Both the position numbers and the translations under genes were made by a program. Shown here one piece after another: positions 26,652-36,043 of a stretch of 36,051 nucleotides of DNA. Origin of the DNA: Candidatus Bipolaricaulia bacterium. GTDB lineage: Bacteria > Bipolaricaulota > Bipolaricaulia > JBHIAT01. Where the stretch lies: contig JBHIAT010000013.1 in assembly GCA_046758705.1 (NCBI GenBank), forward strand, positions 1 through 36,051, in the 5' to 3' direction. The number at the start of each line of letters is the position of its first letter. Positions within the stretch are counted from its first letter, which is position 1. The notes below the pieces were generated by a model, which ran no database searches, was not told the origin of the DNA, and saw nothing but the letters and a program-made list of their open reading frames with translations.

Positions 26652-27118
26652 GAGGGCGTTCCGAAGCTGAGGATCTTGGGTTGGACCAGCTGTTCGAAAT
26701 CGCTGTAGGCCATCTTGATAGCCTCTTGATGGCTCCCGGCCTCGAAGACGATCTCTACGTCCTCGCTCAGGCTCCGATCCACATAGACCGGCAGACCGTA
26801 CAGGTTACCGAACGGTGGCATCGCCCCTAAATCGCAATCGGGGAACAGTCCCTGAAATTCCTCTTCGATGGCGAGACCAGCCTGCTTCGCTCCCAATGCC
26901 TGAGCCAAGGTTCTCAGGTCGACCCGGTAGTGGGCCGGAAGCACCACCATGATGTAGTTGTCGTCCGCCTTGACGATGACCACTTTGGCGAGCTCTTTTC
27001 CAGGCACGTGGAGTGCCGCTGCGATCTCCTGGGCGGTGTAGGTCTCATGGTGCTTCAGCACGTGGTACCTTACCTGGTGCTCATCCAGGAAGCTCTGCAG
27101 CTTCGCGGCGATCGTCAT
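26648..27118 (-). CDS. YbaK/EbsC (aminoacyl-tRNA editing domain) family protein
   Basis: TAQEIA...LAKVVIV...FPDCDLGAMPPFG...FEAGSH. Confidence 0.9.
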   Translation of the reverse strand: MTIAAKLQSFLDEHQVRYHVLKHHETYTAQEIAAALHVPGKELAKVVIVKADDNYIMVVLPAHYRVDLRTLAQALGAKQAGLAIEEEFQGLFPDCDLGAMPPFGNLYGLPVYVDRSLSEDVEIVFEAGSHQEAIKMAYSDFEQLVQPKILSFGTPS

Positions 27119-27169
27119 CCAGATCACCCCTTTTGGTTAAAGTAGCATGAAATGCCACGATGGTGCAAC

Positions 27170-27198
27170 ACCGATCAGTTGCCAAAGGACGACTGAGC
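27170..27198 (+). repeat. Direct repeat, copy 1, flanking the TA cassette
   Basis: ACCGATCAGTTGCCAAAGGACGACTGAGC, 27/29 identical to 28048-28076. Confidence 0.9.
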
Positions 27199-27273
27199 AT
27201 GTTATGAGTAGGGGTGAAGGAGATGGACGATGGGCATGCGAGTTCGAATCGGTTCGGTGACCACCCAAGCCTT

Positions 27274-27747
27274 TTATGGAGTGAGAAGCTTAAGCTTTGG
27301 AAAATAACTCCGGTAATACCCGAGATCCCGAGTGAGCAGGCAATCCGCTTGCACGAGCGCATGAGCCCCCACGAGAAAATCACTTAGAATATGCTGCCGC
27401 ACCCTGATCGCCTCCCCACAGTGAGAGCAAGTGATCTGCTGCTTGGTCCCGCATTGGGGACACTGAAGCTCCTCCCCCCGTTTTCTCAAGTACACCTCCC
27501 AGGCCTGGGCTGCCTGTTGAAGGGCTTCGGGCTTAGAGGGTTCCAGACGGATCTTGGTCTCGATCAAGAACCGGTCTAACTCCTCCGGAGTGGGAAACTG
27601 AACAGCCAGTTCGGCATAGACCACCTCTCCGATCACCAGTGCCCCCTGAGCCAGTGCCTCATCGAGTCGTTGCTTAGAGGCTGCTGCATATTGAACATTG
27701 GGGATGAGAATATCAAGCAGGATGTTGGTATCGAGGGCGGTTATCAC
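27274..27747 (-). CDS. vapC: PIN-domain (VapC-like) toxin with a zinc-ribbon insertion
   Basis: ALDTNILLD, VYAEL, DFLVGAHA, LLTRD; internal CPQC...CSHC; GTGA overlap with the antitoxin. Confidence 0.9.
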   Translation of the reverse strand: MITALDTNILLDILIPNVQYAAASKQRLDEALAQGALVIGEVVYAELAVQFPTPEELDRFLIETKIRLEPSKPEALQQAAQAWEVYLRKRGEELQCPQCGTKQQITCSHCGEAIRVRQHILSDFLVGAHALVQADCLLTRDLGYYRSYFPKLKLLTP

Positions 27748-27974
27748 GGATGACCTCTCAGTTTCTTGACGATCTCATCGGGATCTTGCCCTTCCAGTCG
27801 CTTGAGATACCCCAGGTAGTGGTCGAAGGGAGAATGGCGGATGCGTCGACGGATATGAAATTCACCGTCCTTCTCGATGAACTCGAGCTCGTCACCGGGG
27901 GAAAGTCCCAGCTTCTGCCGTACTTCTTTGGGTACAGTGATCTGTCCTTTGCTGGTTACTTTGGCTGTTGGCAT
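27744..27974 (-). CDS. AbrB/MazE/SpoVT-family antitoxin
   Basis: AKVTSKGQITVPKEVRQKLGLSPGDELEF; AAGGAGG RBS. Confidence 0.93.
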   Translation of the reverse strand: MPTAKVTSKGQITVPKEVRQKLGLSPGDELEFIEKDGEFHIRRRIRHSPFDHYLGYLKRLEGQDPDEIVKKLRGHP

Positions 27975-27982
27975 ATGATTCC

Positions 27983-28038
27983 TCCTTACGTAAGGAAAAG
28001 ATTACTTACATTATAGGGTTGCCATCCGAAATGATCAA
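27983..28038 (-). promoter_or_regulatory. TA promoter with palindromic autorepression operator
   Basis: TTGATC-17 bp-TATAAT on the minus strand (28038-28010); perfect palindrome TCCTTACGTAAGGA at 27983-27996. Confidence 0.75.
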
Positions 28039-28047
28039 ACAAACTAT

Positions 28048-28076
28048 ACCGGTCAGTTGCCAAAGGATGACTGAGC
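28048..28076 (+). repeat. Direct repeat, copy 2 (contains the probable -35 of the udg promoter)
   Basis: ACCGGTCAGTTGCCAAAGGATGACTGAGC; TTGCCA-17 bp-TAGCAT. Confidence 0.9.
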
Positions 28077-28118
28077 CTATAGCATGTGGTACGTGAAAGT
28101 AGAGGAGGTCGACGGTCG

Positions 28119-28823
28119 GTGACCGAGATAGAGCGTTTGTCGAAACAAGTGATCGCCTGCACTCGCTGCCCACGGTTGGTCGAATACCGAGACGCGGTGG
28201 CCCGGAAGAAGCGGCGGGCGTTCCAGGATGAGGCGTACTGGGGTCGACCGGTGCCGGGCTTCGGGGATCCCGATGCCCGGTTGCTGATCGTCGGCCTCGC
28301 TCCGGCGGCCCATGGGGCCAACCGCACCGGCCGCATGTTCACCGGGGACGGAACCGGCGCCGGAGGGTTCCTGATGGAGGCACTGTACCGCGCCGGGTTC
28401 GCCAACCAGCCGACCTCCGAGCATTGCGACGACGGGCTGGCGCTCAAAGACGCCTACCTGACGGCGGTGGTGCGTTGCGCCCCGCCTAACAACCGTCCGA
28501 CCGCCCAGGAGATCGGAAACTGCATGGGCTACCTGAAGCGCGAGCTGGTTTTGCTCTCGAAGGTGCACGTCGTGCTGGCGTTAGGGCAGATCGCCTTCGT
28601 CAACTATCTTTCACTGCTTAAGCGGCAAGGCGTGTCCGTTCCCCGCCCTCGGCCCCGCTTCACTCATGGGGCCACCTATACGCTGGACTCCAGATGGCCG
28701 TCGCTCATCGCCTCCTACCATCCCAGTCGTCAGAACACCCAGACAGGACGGCTGACCGAGGCGATGTTCGATCGCATCTTCGAGCAGGTGAAGCGGTTGA
28801 TCAACATAGAGGAGGTACTTTGA
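28119..28823 (+). CDS. Uracil-DNA glycosylase, family 5 (UdgB-like, Fe-S)
   Basis: CTRCPRL, GLAPAAHGANRTGRMFTGD, RCAPP, YHPSRQN; GAGGAGG RBS before the GTG at 28119. Confidence 0.93.
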   Translation: MTEIERLSKQVIACTRCPRLVEYRDAVARKKRRAFQDEAYWGRPVPGFGDPDARLLIVGLAPAAHGANRTGRMFTGDGTGAGGFLMEALYRAGFANQPTSEHCDDGLALKDAYLTAVVRCAPPNNRPTAQEIGNCMGYLKRELVLLSKVHVVLALGQIAFVNYLSLLKRQGVSVPRPRPRFTHGATYTLDSRWPSLIASYHPSRQNTQTGRLTEAMFDRIFEQVKRLINIEEVL

Positions 28824-29551
28824 TCAAAGGCGTTATCTTCGACTACGGGAACACGCTCGTCTATCCAAGCCGCAGTTGGGAGGAGATCCGAGAGCAGGGG
28901 TTTTCGGATCTGACCTCGTTTCTGATCGAGCAAAGGGTGGATCTCGATCCTGAGGTGTTCAAAGCGAAGTTTATGGAAGAGCGGCACCGGCTCAGCGAGC
29001 GGGCAGTACAGGAGCTGATCGAATGGACCGTCCATGAGGCGCTGCGCAACACGCTGACGACCCTGGGGTACGGCGGGCTCGATGAGCAGATCGAGGACCG
29101 GGCCGTGGAAACCTTTCTCACCTTTGAGCTGATGTGCAAACGGTCCTATCCCGATGGGGTCGAAACGCTCGACCGGTTGAAGGACCAGGGGTATCGCCTC
29201 GGGATGATCTCGAACACCATCGACGACGGCTCGGTTCAGCGCGGTGTTGATCGGTTCGATTACCGGGCCCGACTGGAATTCGTCATCACCTCCGCGGCGG
29301 TCGGGATCCGAAAGCCTCATCCCAAGATCTTTCAGCAGGCTCTGGCGCGATGGGACTTCCCCCCGTCGCAGGTCGTCATGGTCGGGGACACACTGTCTGC
29401 CGACATCCTCGGGGCGCAGCGGGCCGGCATGCCCAGCATCCTGGTGACCATGGATCAAAACCCGGAGAATGTCGAGTATGTCGGGAGGATCGTCCCCGAC
29501 GCCGAGGTCGAAAGGCTTTCCGATCTTCCGAAGGTCATCGCCCATCTGTAG
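28820..29551 (+). CDS. HAD-superfamily hydrolase
   Basis: IFDYGNTL, ISNT, RKPHP, MVGD...DILGA; TTGA overlap and GGAGGT RBS. Confidence 0.9.
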   Translation: MIKGVIFDYGNTLVYPSRSWEEIREQGFSDLTSFLIEQRVDLDPEVFKAKFMEERHRLSERAVQELIEWTVHEALRNTLTTLGYGGLDEQIEDRAVETFLTFELMCKRSYPDGVETLDRLKDQGYRLGMISNTIDDGSVQRGVDRFDYRARLEFVITSAAVGIRKPHPKIFQQALARWDFPPSQVVMVGDTLSADILGAQRAGMPSILVTMDQNPENVEYVGRIVPDAEVERLSDLPKVIAHL

Positions 29552-29591
29552 ATAGCAAGCGATTGCAATCCGGACGGCAATCAGGGAAAAT

Positions 29592-29948
29592 ATGACCGCG
29601 ATGACCCGGGAGCAGTTTGAGAAGTTGGTCGATCGGGCGGTGGAGGATTTGCCCCCCTTATTCAAGGAGCGGATAGAGAACGTGGCGATCATCGTCCAGG
29701 ATCGACCCGATCCCGAGATTGCACGGGAGTTTCCCGGAGGACTGCTGCTCGGCCTCTACCGGGGGGTGCCGAAACCGAAGCGATCTGTTTGGGGTAACTA
29801 TCCTTACCCCGATATGATCTACATCTATCAGCGCAACATCGAGGCGATCTGCCGCAGCGATGAGGAGATGGTGGAGCAGATCCGCAACACCGTCATTCAC
29901 GAGATCGGCCACCACTTCGGCCTCAGCGATGAGGAGATGGAGGTTTAA
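29592..29948 (+). CDS. Zincin-like metallopeptidase family protein (Zincin_1/DUF1025)
   Basis: LLGLYRGVP, PD-IYIYQ, HEIGHHFG. Confidence 0.9.
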   Translation: MTAMTREQFEKLVDRAVEDLPPLFKERIENVAIIVQDRPDPEIAREFPGGLLLGLYRGVPKPKRSVWGNYPYPDMIYIYQRNIEAICRSDEEMVEQIRNTVIHEIGHHFGLSDEEMEV

Positions 29949-30381
29949 ACTCAAGAAACTTTTTTGCGGTCGACCCTATATTGCTGGGTAAATCATCCAG
30001 ATCAAACCATTGGGCTTCTTCTATTTCAAAGCTTTTGGGACCGAGCTTTTTGTTTGGAACTTCCGCTTTAAAGATCCAGATCCCGACTTGTTTGTATTCA
30101 TCGGTCTTAAGGAAACGTCCAAGCGGAGAGACGTTTTTTAGCTCTATTCCAACCTCCTCTTTCACCTCTCTTTTGGCTGACTCTTCTGAGGTCTCATTTT
30201 TGCGCATGCCTCCTCCAGGCAATGTCCAATATTTTTTACCGTACGAATGCCTCACCAGTAGAATCTCGTTTTTGTGTGTAATCGCAACTTTAACGCCTCT
30301 TCCTCGGGGTCGCAAGAGAAACCAATACAGTCTTATGAGCGGGTAAAGGAACGCAACGAGTTTGGCAACGATTTTTTTCAT
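29923..30381 (-). CDS. NUDIX hydrolase
   Basis: WTLPGGGMRKNETSEESAKREVKEEVGI Nudix box. Start uncertain (30381 or 30393). Confidence 0.88.
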   Translation of the reverse strand: MKKIVAKLVAFLYPLIRLYWFLLRPRGRGVKVAITHKNEILLVRHSYGKKYWTLPGGGMRKNETSEESAKREVKEEVGIELKNVSPLGRFLKTDEYKQVGIWIFKAEVPNKKLGPKSFEIEEAQWFDLDDLPSNIGSTAKKFLEFKPPSPHR

Positions 30382-30414
30382 GTTCTCATGCACATATTGG
30401 AGTTTGTCCCTTGC

Positions 30415-30753
30415 TCATCCACCGGGCAGCTCGGTGCGCACCGGCGTGAACACGTTGTAAGTGACCGTCCCTTCAACCTCTTCAGGCACAAACGCGCCGT
30501 GGGGCTCGTTTGGCGGGATCAGGACCGCCTCTCCTGCCTCCAGGGTGAGTTCTGTTGCCCCCGGCGTGGTGAACGTCAGGCGGCCGCGCACGACGATCGT
30601 CAGTTGCTCGGATGGATGGGTGTGGACGGGAAACCGGGCTCCGCCGCGATAGCGATACTCGATGAACTCCAGTCGTTCGCCACGGACAAGTTTGCGGCTG
30701 ACGTTTGGGTTCAGCATTTCGACAGGCTGCTCGGCTAGGACGATCTTCTTCAT
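30415..30753 (-). CDS. Cupin-domain protein
   Basis: PVHTHPSEQ...IPPNEPHG...FTPVR. Confidence 0.9.
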   Translation of the reverse strand: MKKIVLAEQPVEMLNPNVSRKLVRGERLEFIEYRYRGGARFPVHTHPSEQLTIVVRGRLTFTTPGATELTLEAGEAVLIPPNEPHGAFVPEEVEGTVTYNVFTPVRTELPGG

Positions 30754-30848
30754 GGGTCAACACAACCTTACCATACATCTTTTAGAGAAACTCGGTCAAC
30801 AGGTGTTGCGCTATTGTCTCTGTCTCTGATATAAGTTGAGAGGGTGTC

Positions 30849-31634
30849 ATGAAGCAAGATTGGGTCCATCAGATGTTCATCGAGCACGGCGATCTGTTCA
30901 TCGAATTCCTCGAAGCGCGGATCGATCAGGCGGCTGAGGAGATCCAAGGACTGCTGCCGATCTTCGACGAATTCGACATCGAATCGGGCTCACAGGTTCT
31001 CGATCTCAGCTGCGGTATCGGCAGACATTCGGTCGAGCTGGCCAAACACGGCTATCGGGTGACCGGCGTTGATATCTCACCGCTGTTTATTCACAGGGCA
31101 AACGAGCTGGCTAAGCAACGCAAAGTCCAATCCAGGACAGAGTTCCAGGTGGTGGATGTCCGCAAGCTGAAAGGTTCGCTTTCTGCTGGGACGTTCGATG
31201 CGATCATCAATCTGTTCACCTCGTTCGGATACTACGACGATGAGACCAACCAGGATATCCTGAAAAGCTGCCGCGAACTGGTCCGGGACCGTGGAATCTT
31301 CGTCATGGAGATCATCAACCGTGACTGGCTCGTCCGCAACTTTCAGCCCCGCGGCTTCGACCGTCTCGGCGCTGTGCTCATCCTTCAGGAACGATGGCTT
31401 GACCTGGAGGACTCCCGAATGTACAATACCTGGACGTTTCTTGAGAAACAGGATGACAAAACCTACGGGCAGCGTGCCGAAATCAAGCTGGACCATCAAG
31501 TGCACAGCCTGCATGAGCTCATCGCGATCTTCGAACGCGCCGGCTGGAGATACCAAAGTGCTTACGGAAGCCTAGAACTGGACGAACCGTCCATAGATAC
31601 TCAGCGGCTGGTCGTGGTTGTCCAGGCTGGTTGA
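30849..31634 (+). CDS. Class I SAM-dependent methyltransferase
   Basis: VLDLSCGIGRHS, VTGVDIS, FDAIINLFTSFGY. Confidence 0.92.
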   Translation: MKQDWVHQMFIEHGDLFIEFLEARIDQAAEEIQGLLPIFDEFDIESGSQVLDLSCGIGRHSVELAKHGYRVTGVDISPLFIHRANELAKQRKVQSRTEFQVVDVRKLKGSLSAGTFDAIINLFTSFGYYDDETNQDILKSCRELVRDRGIFVMEIINRDWLVRNFQPRGFDRLGAVLILQERWLDLEDSRMYNTWTFLEKQDDKTYGQRAEIKLDHQVHSLHELIAIFERAGWRYQSAYGSLELDEPSIDTQRLVVVVQAG

Positions 31635-31665
31635 TCCAAAACGCAGATCGGAGAAAGGAGCGAAC

Positions 31666-32478
31666 ATGTCTGTGCTGTCAGCGATCAAAGACCTCTTAGA
31701 TCAGGATGGGATCCAGATCTATGATCTGGGGCAGCCGTACCAGCCGGGCATGCCCCATCATCCCCACCATCCACCATTCGCATTCGTGCTCATCAAAAGA
31801 CACGGGGACTTCATCTACCCGAATGGGGTCAGCACCGCCTCTTGCCTGTTCACCCTGGGCGGACATACCGGGACGCATCTCGATGGCCTCGGCCACGTGT
31901 CGAAGGACGGGCGGATGTATCGGGATGTTGATCCGAATCCATATCAGACCTATGAGGGTGGGCTGACACGTCATGGGATCGAAACGACTCCGCCAATCAT
32001 CCGTCGCGGCGTGCTGCTCGATATTGCCGGACTCAAACGGGTGGATACGTTGTCCGGTGGCTACGAGATCACCGATCAAGACTTGGCACAGGCAGAAGAG
32101 CGCCAGGAGGTTCAGGTGAAGACCGGCGATGTACTGCTGGTCCGGACGGGTTGGATGCGCTACTGGGATGAGCTCAACCGGTACATCGCCTACGGTCAGG
32201 ATGTTCCCGGGGTGGGCGTCGCCGCCGCCGAATGGATGGTCGATCGGGGGATCTCTTATACCGGATCGGACACGGTGGCTTACGAGCGCACCTCGGTGGA
32301 CAGGCCGGGTTTGGCGGTGCACACTCTGTTAATCCGGGACCATGGCATCCAGATCATGGAGATGGTGAACCTCGAAACGCTTGCCCAAGATGGGATCTAT
32401 GAATTTCTGTTTATCGCGATCCCGTTGAAGATTGTCGGGGGGACCGCATCGCCCATCCGACCGATCGCCATCGTCTAG
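31666..32478 (+). CDS. Cyclase-family metal-dependent hydrolase (kynurenine formamidase-like)
   Basis: HTGTHLD, RGVLLD, GDVLLVRTG, GSDT, GGTASPIRPIA; AAGGAG RBS. Confidence 0.9.
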   Translation: MSVLSAIKDLLDQDGIQIYDLGQPYQPGMPHHPHHPPFAFVLIKRHGDFIYPNGVSTASCLFTLGGHTGTHLDGLGHVSKDGRMYRDVDPNPYQTYEGGLTRHGIETTPPIIRRGVLLDIAGLKRVDTLSGGYEITDQDLAQAEERQEVQVKTGDVLLVRTGWMRYWDELNRYIAYGQDVPGVGVAAAEWMVDRGISYTGSDTVAYERTSVDRPGLAVHTLLIRDHGIQIMEMVNLETLAQDGIYEFLFIAIPLKIVGGTASPIRPIAIV

Positions 32479-32555
32479 CCTCAGTACCGCTTGAAGATTC
32501 GGGTCGGTTTGTGGTAACGTGTAATGTTTATTCTCAAACGATTTGGAGGGAAAGG

Positions 32556-33725
32556 ATGAAGCTATCTAACCGGGTGAAGAACATGTCCAGCTCGCCGACA
32601 ATGGCGGTCATGGTGCGGGCAAGCGAGTTGAAGCGTCAGGGGATCGATGTGATCGATCTCGGCCCCGGGGAGCCTGATTTTAACACACCGGATCACATCA
32701 AGGCAGCTGCCTATCAGGCCATCGAGGAGAACTTCACGAAGTATACCCCTGCCTCAGGCATTCCGGAGCTCAAGGCAGCGGTCGCTCGACGGTACGAACA
32801 GGCGTACCATCTCCCCTATACGCCCCAGGAGGTCATCATCACTGTGGGTGGCAAGCAGGCCCTGTTCAACATCGCCCTAGCTCTGTTCGAGTCGGGTGAT
32901 GAGGTGATCCTGCCTTCACCTTACTGGGTCAGTTACCCCGAGCAGATCAAGCTCGCTGGAGCGACCCTGGTCATCCTGGAGATGCATGAGGAGGACGGAT
33001 TTTCGCTTCGGCCAAACGACGTGGAAGTTCTGATCACACCGAAAACGAAGGCAATTATCATCAACTCGCCTTGCAATCCGACCGGCACAGTTATCGAACC
33101 GGAAGCACTGGAAGCGACCGTCGCACTGGCGCGCCGCCATGGTTTCTACGTCATCTACGATGAGTGCTACGAGCGGTTTATCTACGACACAGATCACACC
33201 TCGGTTGCTGAGTTCGGGAAAGAAAATGTGATTGTGGTGAACACCCTCTCCAAGACATACGCGATGACCGGCTGGCGGATCGGGTTTGCCTTGGCCTCGA
33301 AGGAGTTGATCGCCGCCATGGGGCGATTGCAAAGCCAATCGACCTCGAACCCCACCTCGATCTCTCAGTGGGCAGCGCTACACGCTCTGGAGGACGAGCG
33401 CAGTGAAGCGGCGATCGAGGAGATGATCGCTGAGTACCACAAGCGCAGAGACATCATCGTCCAGGCGCTGAACCGAATTCCCGGGGTGAGCTGTCTCAAA
33501 CCGAACGGGGCATTCTATGCGTTCCCCAACGTCTCAAGCTTCTTAGGAAGCGAGATCCAGAGCACTGTCCAACTCGCCGATTATCTGCTCGATAAGGCTC
33601 AGGTGGCCGTCGTCCCAGGTGAGGCATTCGGTCAGTCCGGTTATATTCGCCTCTCCTACGCGACCTCACTGGAACGGATCGAGGAAGCGTTGCGTCGCAT
33701 GGAGCAAGCGCTTTGCTCACTCTGA
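32556..33725 (+). CDS. PLP-dependent aminotransferase class I/II (aspartate aminotransferase-like)
   Basis: GEPDF, GGKQA, PYWVSY, NSPCNPTG, DECY, SKTYAMTGWRIG, GAFY, IRLSYA. Confidence 0.94.
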   Translation: MKLSNRVKNMSSSPTMAVMVRASELKRQGIDVIDLGPGEPDFNTPDHIKAAAYQAIEENFTKYTPASGIPELKAAVARRYEQAYHLPYTPQEVIITVGGKQALFNIALALFESGDEVILPSPYWVSYPEQIKLAGATLVILEMHEEDGFSLRPNDVEVLITPKTKAIIINSPCNPTGTVIEPEALEATVALARRHGFYVIYDECYERFIYDTDHTSVAEFGKENVIVVNTLSKTYAMTGWRIGFALASKELIAAMGRLQSQSTSNPTSISQWAALHALEDERSEAAIEEMIAEYHKRRDIIVQALNRIPGVSCLKPNGAFYAFPNVSSFLGSEIQSTVQLADYLLDKAQVAVVPGEAFGQSGYIRLSYATSLERIEEALRRMEQALCSL

Positions 33726-33747
33726 ATGTGGGGTGAGGTGGTGTGAA

Positions 33748-34377
33748 GTGGACACAGGCGAGGAGTTGGATACGTATCGGACGGTGCGACGCCCGAGGCG
33801 CGCTGAGATCCGTCGTAAGGGGTCTCGATTCATCTCGTTCGCTTTCCCAGTCATGTCGCAGAGTGAGGTGCCACGAGCTCTGGACGGGTTGAGGCGTGAA
33901 TACCATGACGCGACGCATCACTGCTACGCCTACCGACTCCTGACCCGCAGCGCGATCGTCCCTCAATCCAACGATGCCGGCGAGCCAACCGGCTCCGCCG
34001 GAAGATCGATCCTTCAGGTTCTGGAAGGCTGGAAGCTGGTGAACACGTTGGTCGTCGTGGTCCGCTACTTCGGCGGAATCAAGCTGGGGATCGGAGGATT
34101 GAGCCGTGCCTACCGGGATGCGACCGTTGCCGCCCTCGACGGGGCGGAACTCGTCTCCAAGGTGAGCAAGGTTGAGCTTCAGGTTCGCTATGCCCATGAA
34201 CTGACCGGCCGGGTGATGGGGGTTGTCCAACGTCATCGAGGAGAGATCATATGGGTCAATTACACTCCTGATCCGGTCTTGACCGTCCGCCTCCCAGCCT
34301 CTAAGCTAAAGACGTTGAAACGCGAACTGGTAGAGACGACCGGTGGGCAGGTTGAGTTTCTCAGTGCAGGTCGTTAA
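33748..34377 (+). CDS. yigZ: YigZ/IMPACT-family protein
   Basis: KGSRFI, ATHHCYAY, DAGEPTGSAG, VVRYFGGIKLGIGGL-RAY. Confidence 0.9.
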   Translation: MDTGEELDTYRTVRRPRRAEIRRKGSRFISFAFPVMSQSEVPRALDGLRREYHDATHHCYAYRLLTRSAIVPQSNDAGEPTGSAGRSILQVLEGWKLVNTLVVVVRYFGGIKLGIGGLSRAYRDATVAALDGAELVSKVSKVELQVRYAHELTGRVMGVVQRHRGEIIWVNYTPDPVLTVRLPASKLKTLKRELVETTGGQVEFLSAGR

Positions 34378-34386
34378 AATGAGACG

Positions 34387-34992
34387 GTGATGATCGATTA
34401 CATCGAGGGCACGGTCGCCGAGGTGACCGGAGGCTACGTGGTGGTCGAGACGAACGGGATCGGCTATCGGTTGTTCATCTCGCAGGTGACCCTCGTTCAG
34501 CTCGAACGGGGTGCCTTGGTGAAGCTGTTCGCCCATTTAAACATGACTGATGATGGGTTAGTACTGTACGGGTTTAGCACGGTCGAAGAACGAAACCTGT
34601 TTCGGTTGCTCCTTCCCGTTTCTCGGATCGGTCCCAAAGTATCGTTGCAGCTGCTCTCCGCTCTGTCGCCCCGGCGCTTCGTTCACGCGATTCTGAATGG
34701 AGAGCTTGAGCTGCTCCAGTCCATCAAGGGGATCGGACGGAAGACGGCCGAGCGACTGATCCTGGAGCTGAAGGATCGGGTGGGCGAACTCGCTTTCGGT
34801 GGATTGGAAGCAGCACCGATGCTCTCCAGACCCGAGGAGATGGCCCTGCAGGCACTGAGGACGTTGGGTTTCTCCGACCGACAGGCGCGACGAGCGCTCG
34901 AACGGGTCAAGGCGAACGCCCAGGATGAGGAGGAATTCCCGACCGAGGAGTGGATCCGCAAGGCGCTGGAGGTCATCCATCAAGCCCATTGA
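34387..34992 (+). CDS. ruvA: Holliday junction branch migration protein RuvA
   Basis: MIDYIEG...GIGY, LYGF...ER-LF, IGPK, IKGIGRKTAERLILELKD, ALRTLGF. Confidence 0.95.
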   Translation: MMIDYIEGTVAEVTGGYVVVETNGIGYRLFISQVTLVQLERGALVKLFAHLNMTDDGLVLYGFSTVEERNLFRLLLPVSRIGPKVSLQLLSALSPRRFVHAILNGELELLQSIKGIGRKTAERLILELKDRVGELAFGGLEAAPMLSRPEEMALQALRTLGFSDRQARRALERVKANAQDEEEFPTEEWIRKALEVIHQAH

Positions 34993-35000
34993 CGAAGGGG

Positions 35001-36002
35001 ATGATAGTGAAGGTCTGCATCTACCTTGAAGGAGAGGAGTTTCCAAGGACCGGGATCGGAACCGCTTACCGCAATCACAAGCGGGCACTCGAACGGGCCG
35101 GTGTGAATATCACCACCGACCCGAGCGAGGACTACAATCTCCTCCACCTCTGCTGGTACGGTCCCAAATCGTCCTATCACTTCAGCAAAGCGATCCGGGA
35201 AGGGAAGAAGACGGTTGCCCATGTCCTCGGGATCGGTCATAAAGACAGTTACACCTTCTCAAAACTCTTCCCCCCCATCACCAAGCGGCTGGTCAAATAC
35301 TTCTGCATACGCAGCGATCTCGTCGTGGTCCCCACCCCTTACACCAAGGAACTGCTCTCCGACTACGGCATCGATGAGAAGATCCAGGTGATCAGCAATG
35401 GCGTCGACCGGCGCCGCTTCTACTTCTCGGAGAGGAAGCGGCACCAATACCGGAAGCAGTTCGGCCTGAAGCGGACGACGATCTTCTCCGTCGGACAGGT
35501 GATCCCGCGCAAAGGAATCGCCGATTTCCTCAAAGTCGCCGAGGCGTTTCCAGAGTTTAATTTCATTTGGTACGGCCCGCAGTGGGGGAAGCTCCTCTCC
35601 TTCTACCCGGAGATGTACCGCCAGATCAAGGAAAAACCTCCGAACGTCCAGTTCGTCGGGTTCGTCGACGATATCCAGGCCACTTACGCCGCCGGCGATA
35701 TCTTCTTCTTCCCATCCTACGATGAACTCCAGGGGATCGTGTTGTTGGAGAGTGCCTCGGTCGGAGTGCCGATCATCATCCGAGACCTTCCTGCCTATGA
35801 GGGTTGGCTGGAGCATGAGCAGAACTGCCTGAAGGGGGGCAGCCAGGCGGAGTTCATCGCCCATATCGAGCGACTTGCTGGCGATGAAGCGTTGCAGCGC
35901 AGGCTGATCGAGGGTGGGGATCAGCTCGCCGAAGCGCACTCTCTGGAGCGAATCGGCGAACAACTGAAGGAGACCTACGAGGGGCTTCTCAATCAGGATT
36001 GA
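35001..36002 (+). CDS. Glycosyltransferase family 4 (glycolipid glycosyltransferase-like)
   Basis: TGIGTAY...RAL, PTPYTK, ISNGVD, VGQVIPRKG, FFPSYDELQGIVLLES. Confidence 0.9.
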   Translation: MIVKVCIYLEGEEFPRTGIGTAYRNHKRALERAGVNITTDPSEDYNLLHLCWYGPKSSYHFSKAIREGKKTVAHVLGIGHKDSYTFSKLFPPITKRLVKYFCIRSDLVVVPTPYTKELLSDYGIDEKIQVISNGVDRRRFYFSERKRHQYRKQFGLKRTTIFSVGQVIPRKGIADFLKVAEAFPEFNFIWYGPQWGKLLSFYPEMYRQIKEKPPNVQFVGFVDDIQATYAAGDIFFFPSYDELQGIVLLESASVGVPIIIRDLPAYEGWLEHEQNCLKGGSQAEFIAHIERLAGDEALQRRLIEGGDQLAEAHSLERIGEQLKETYEGLLNQD

Positions 36003-36043
36003 GCTCATCAGTCAACCATCACATCCACAAGGAGGTCAATCTA

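Noticed and set aside
31666-33725. Kynurenine pathway operon (cyclase plus aminotransferase)
   Set aside because: No tryptophan dioxygenase or kynureninase is nearby, and both families are broad.
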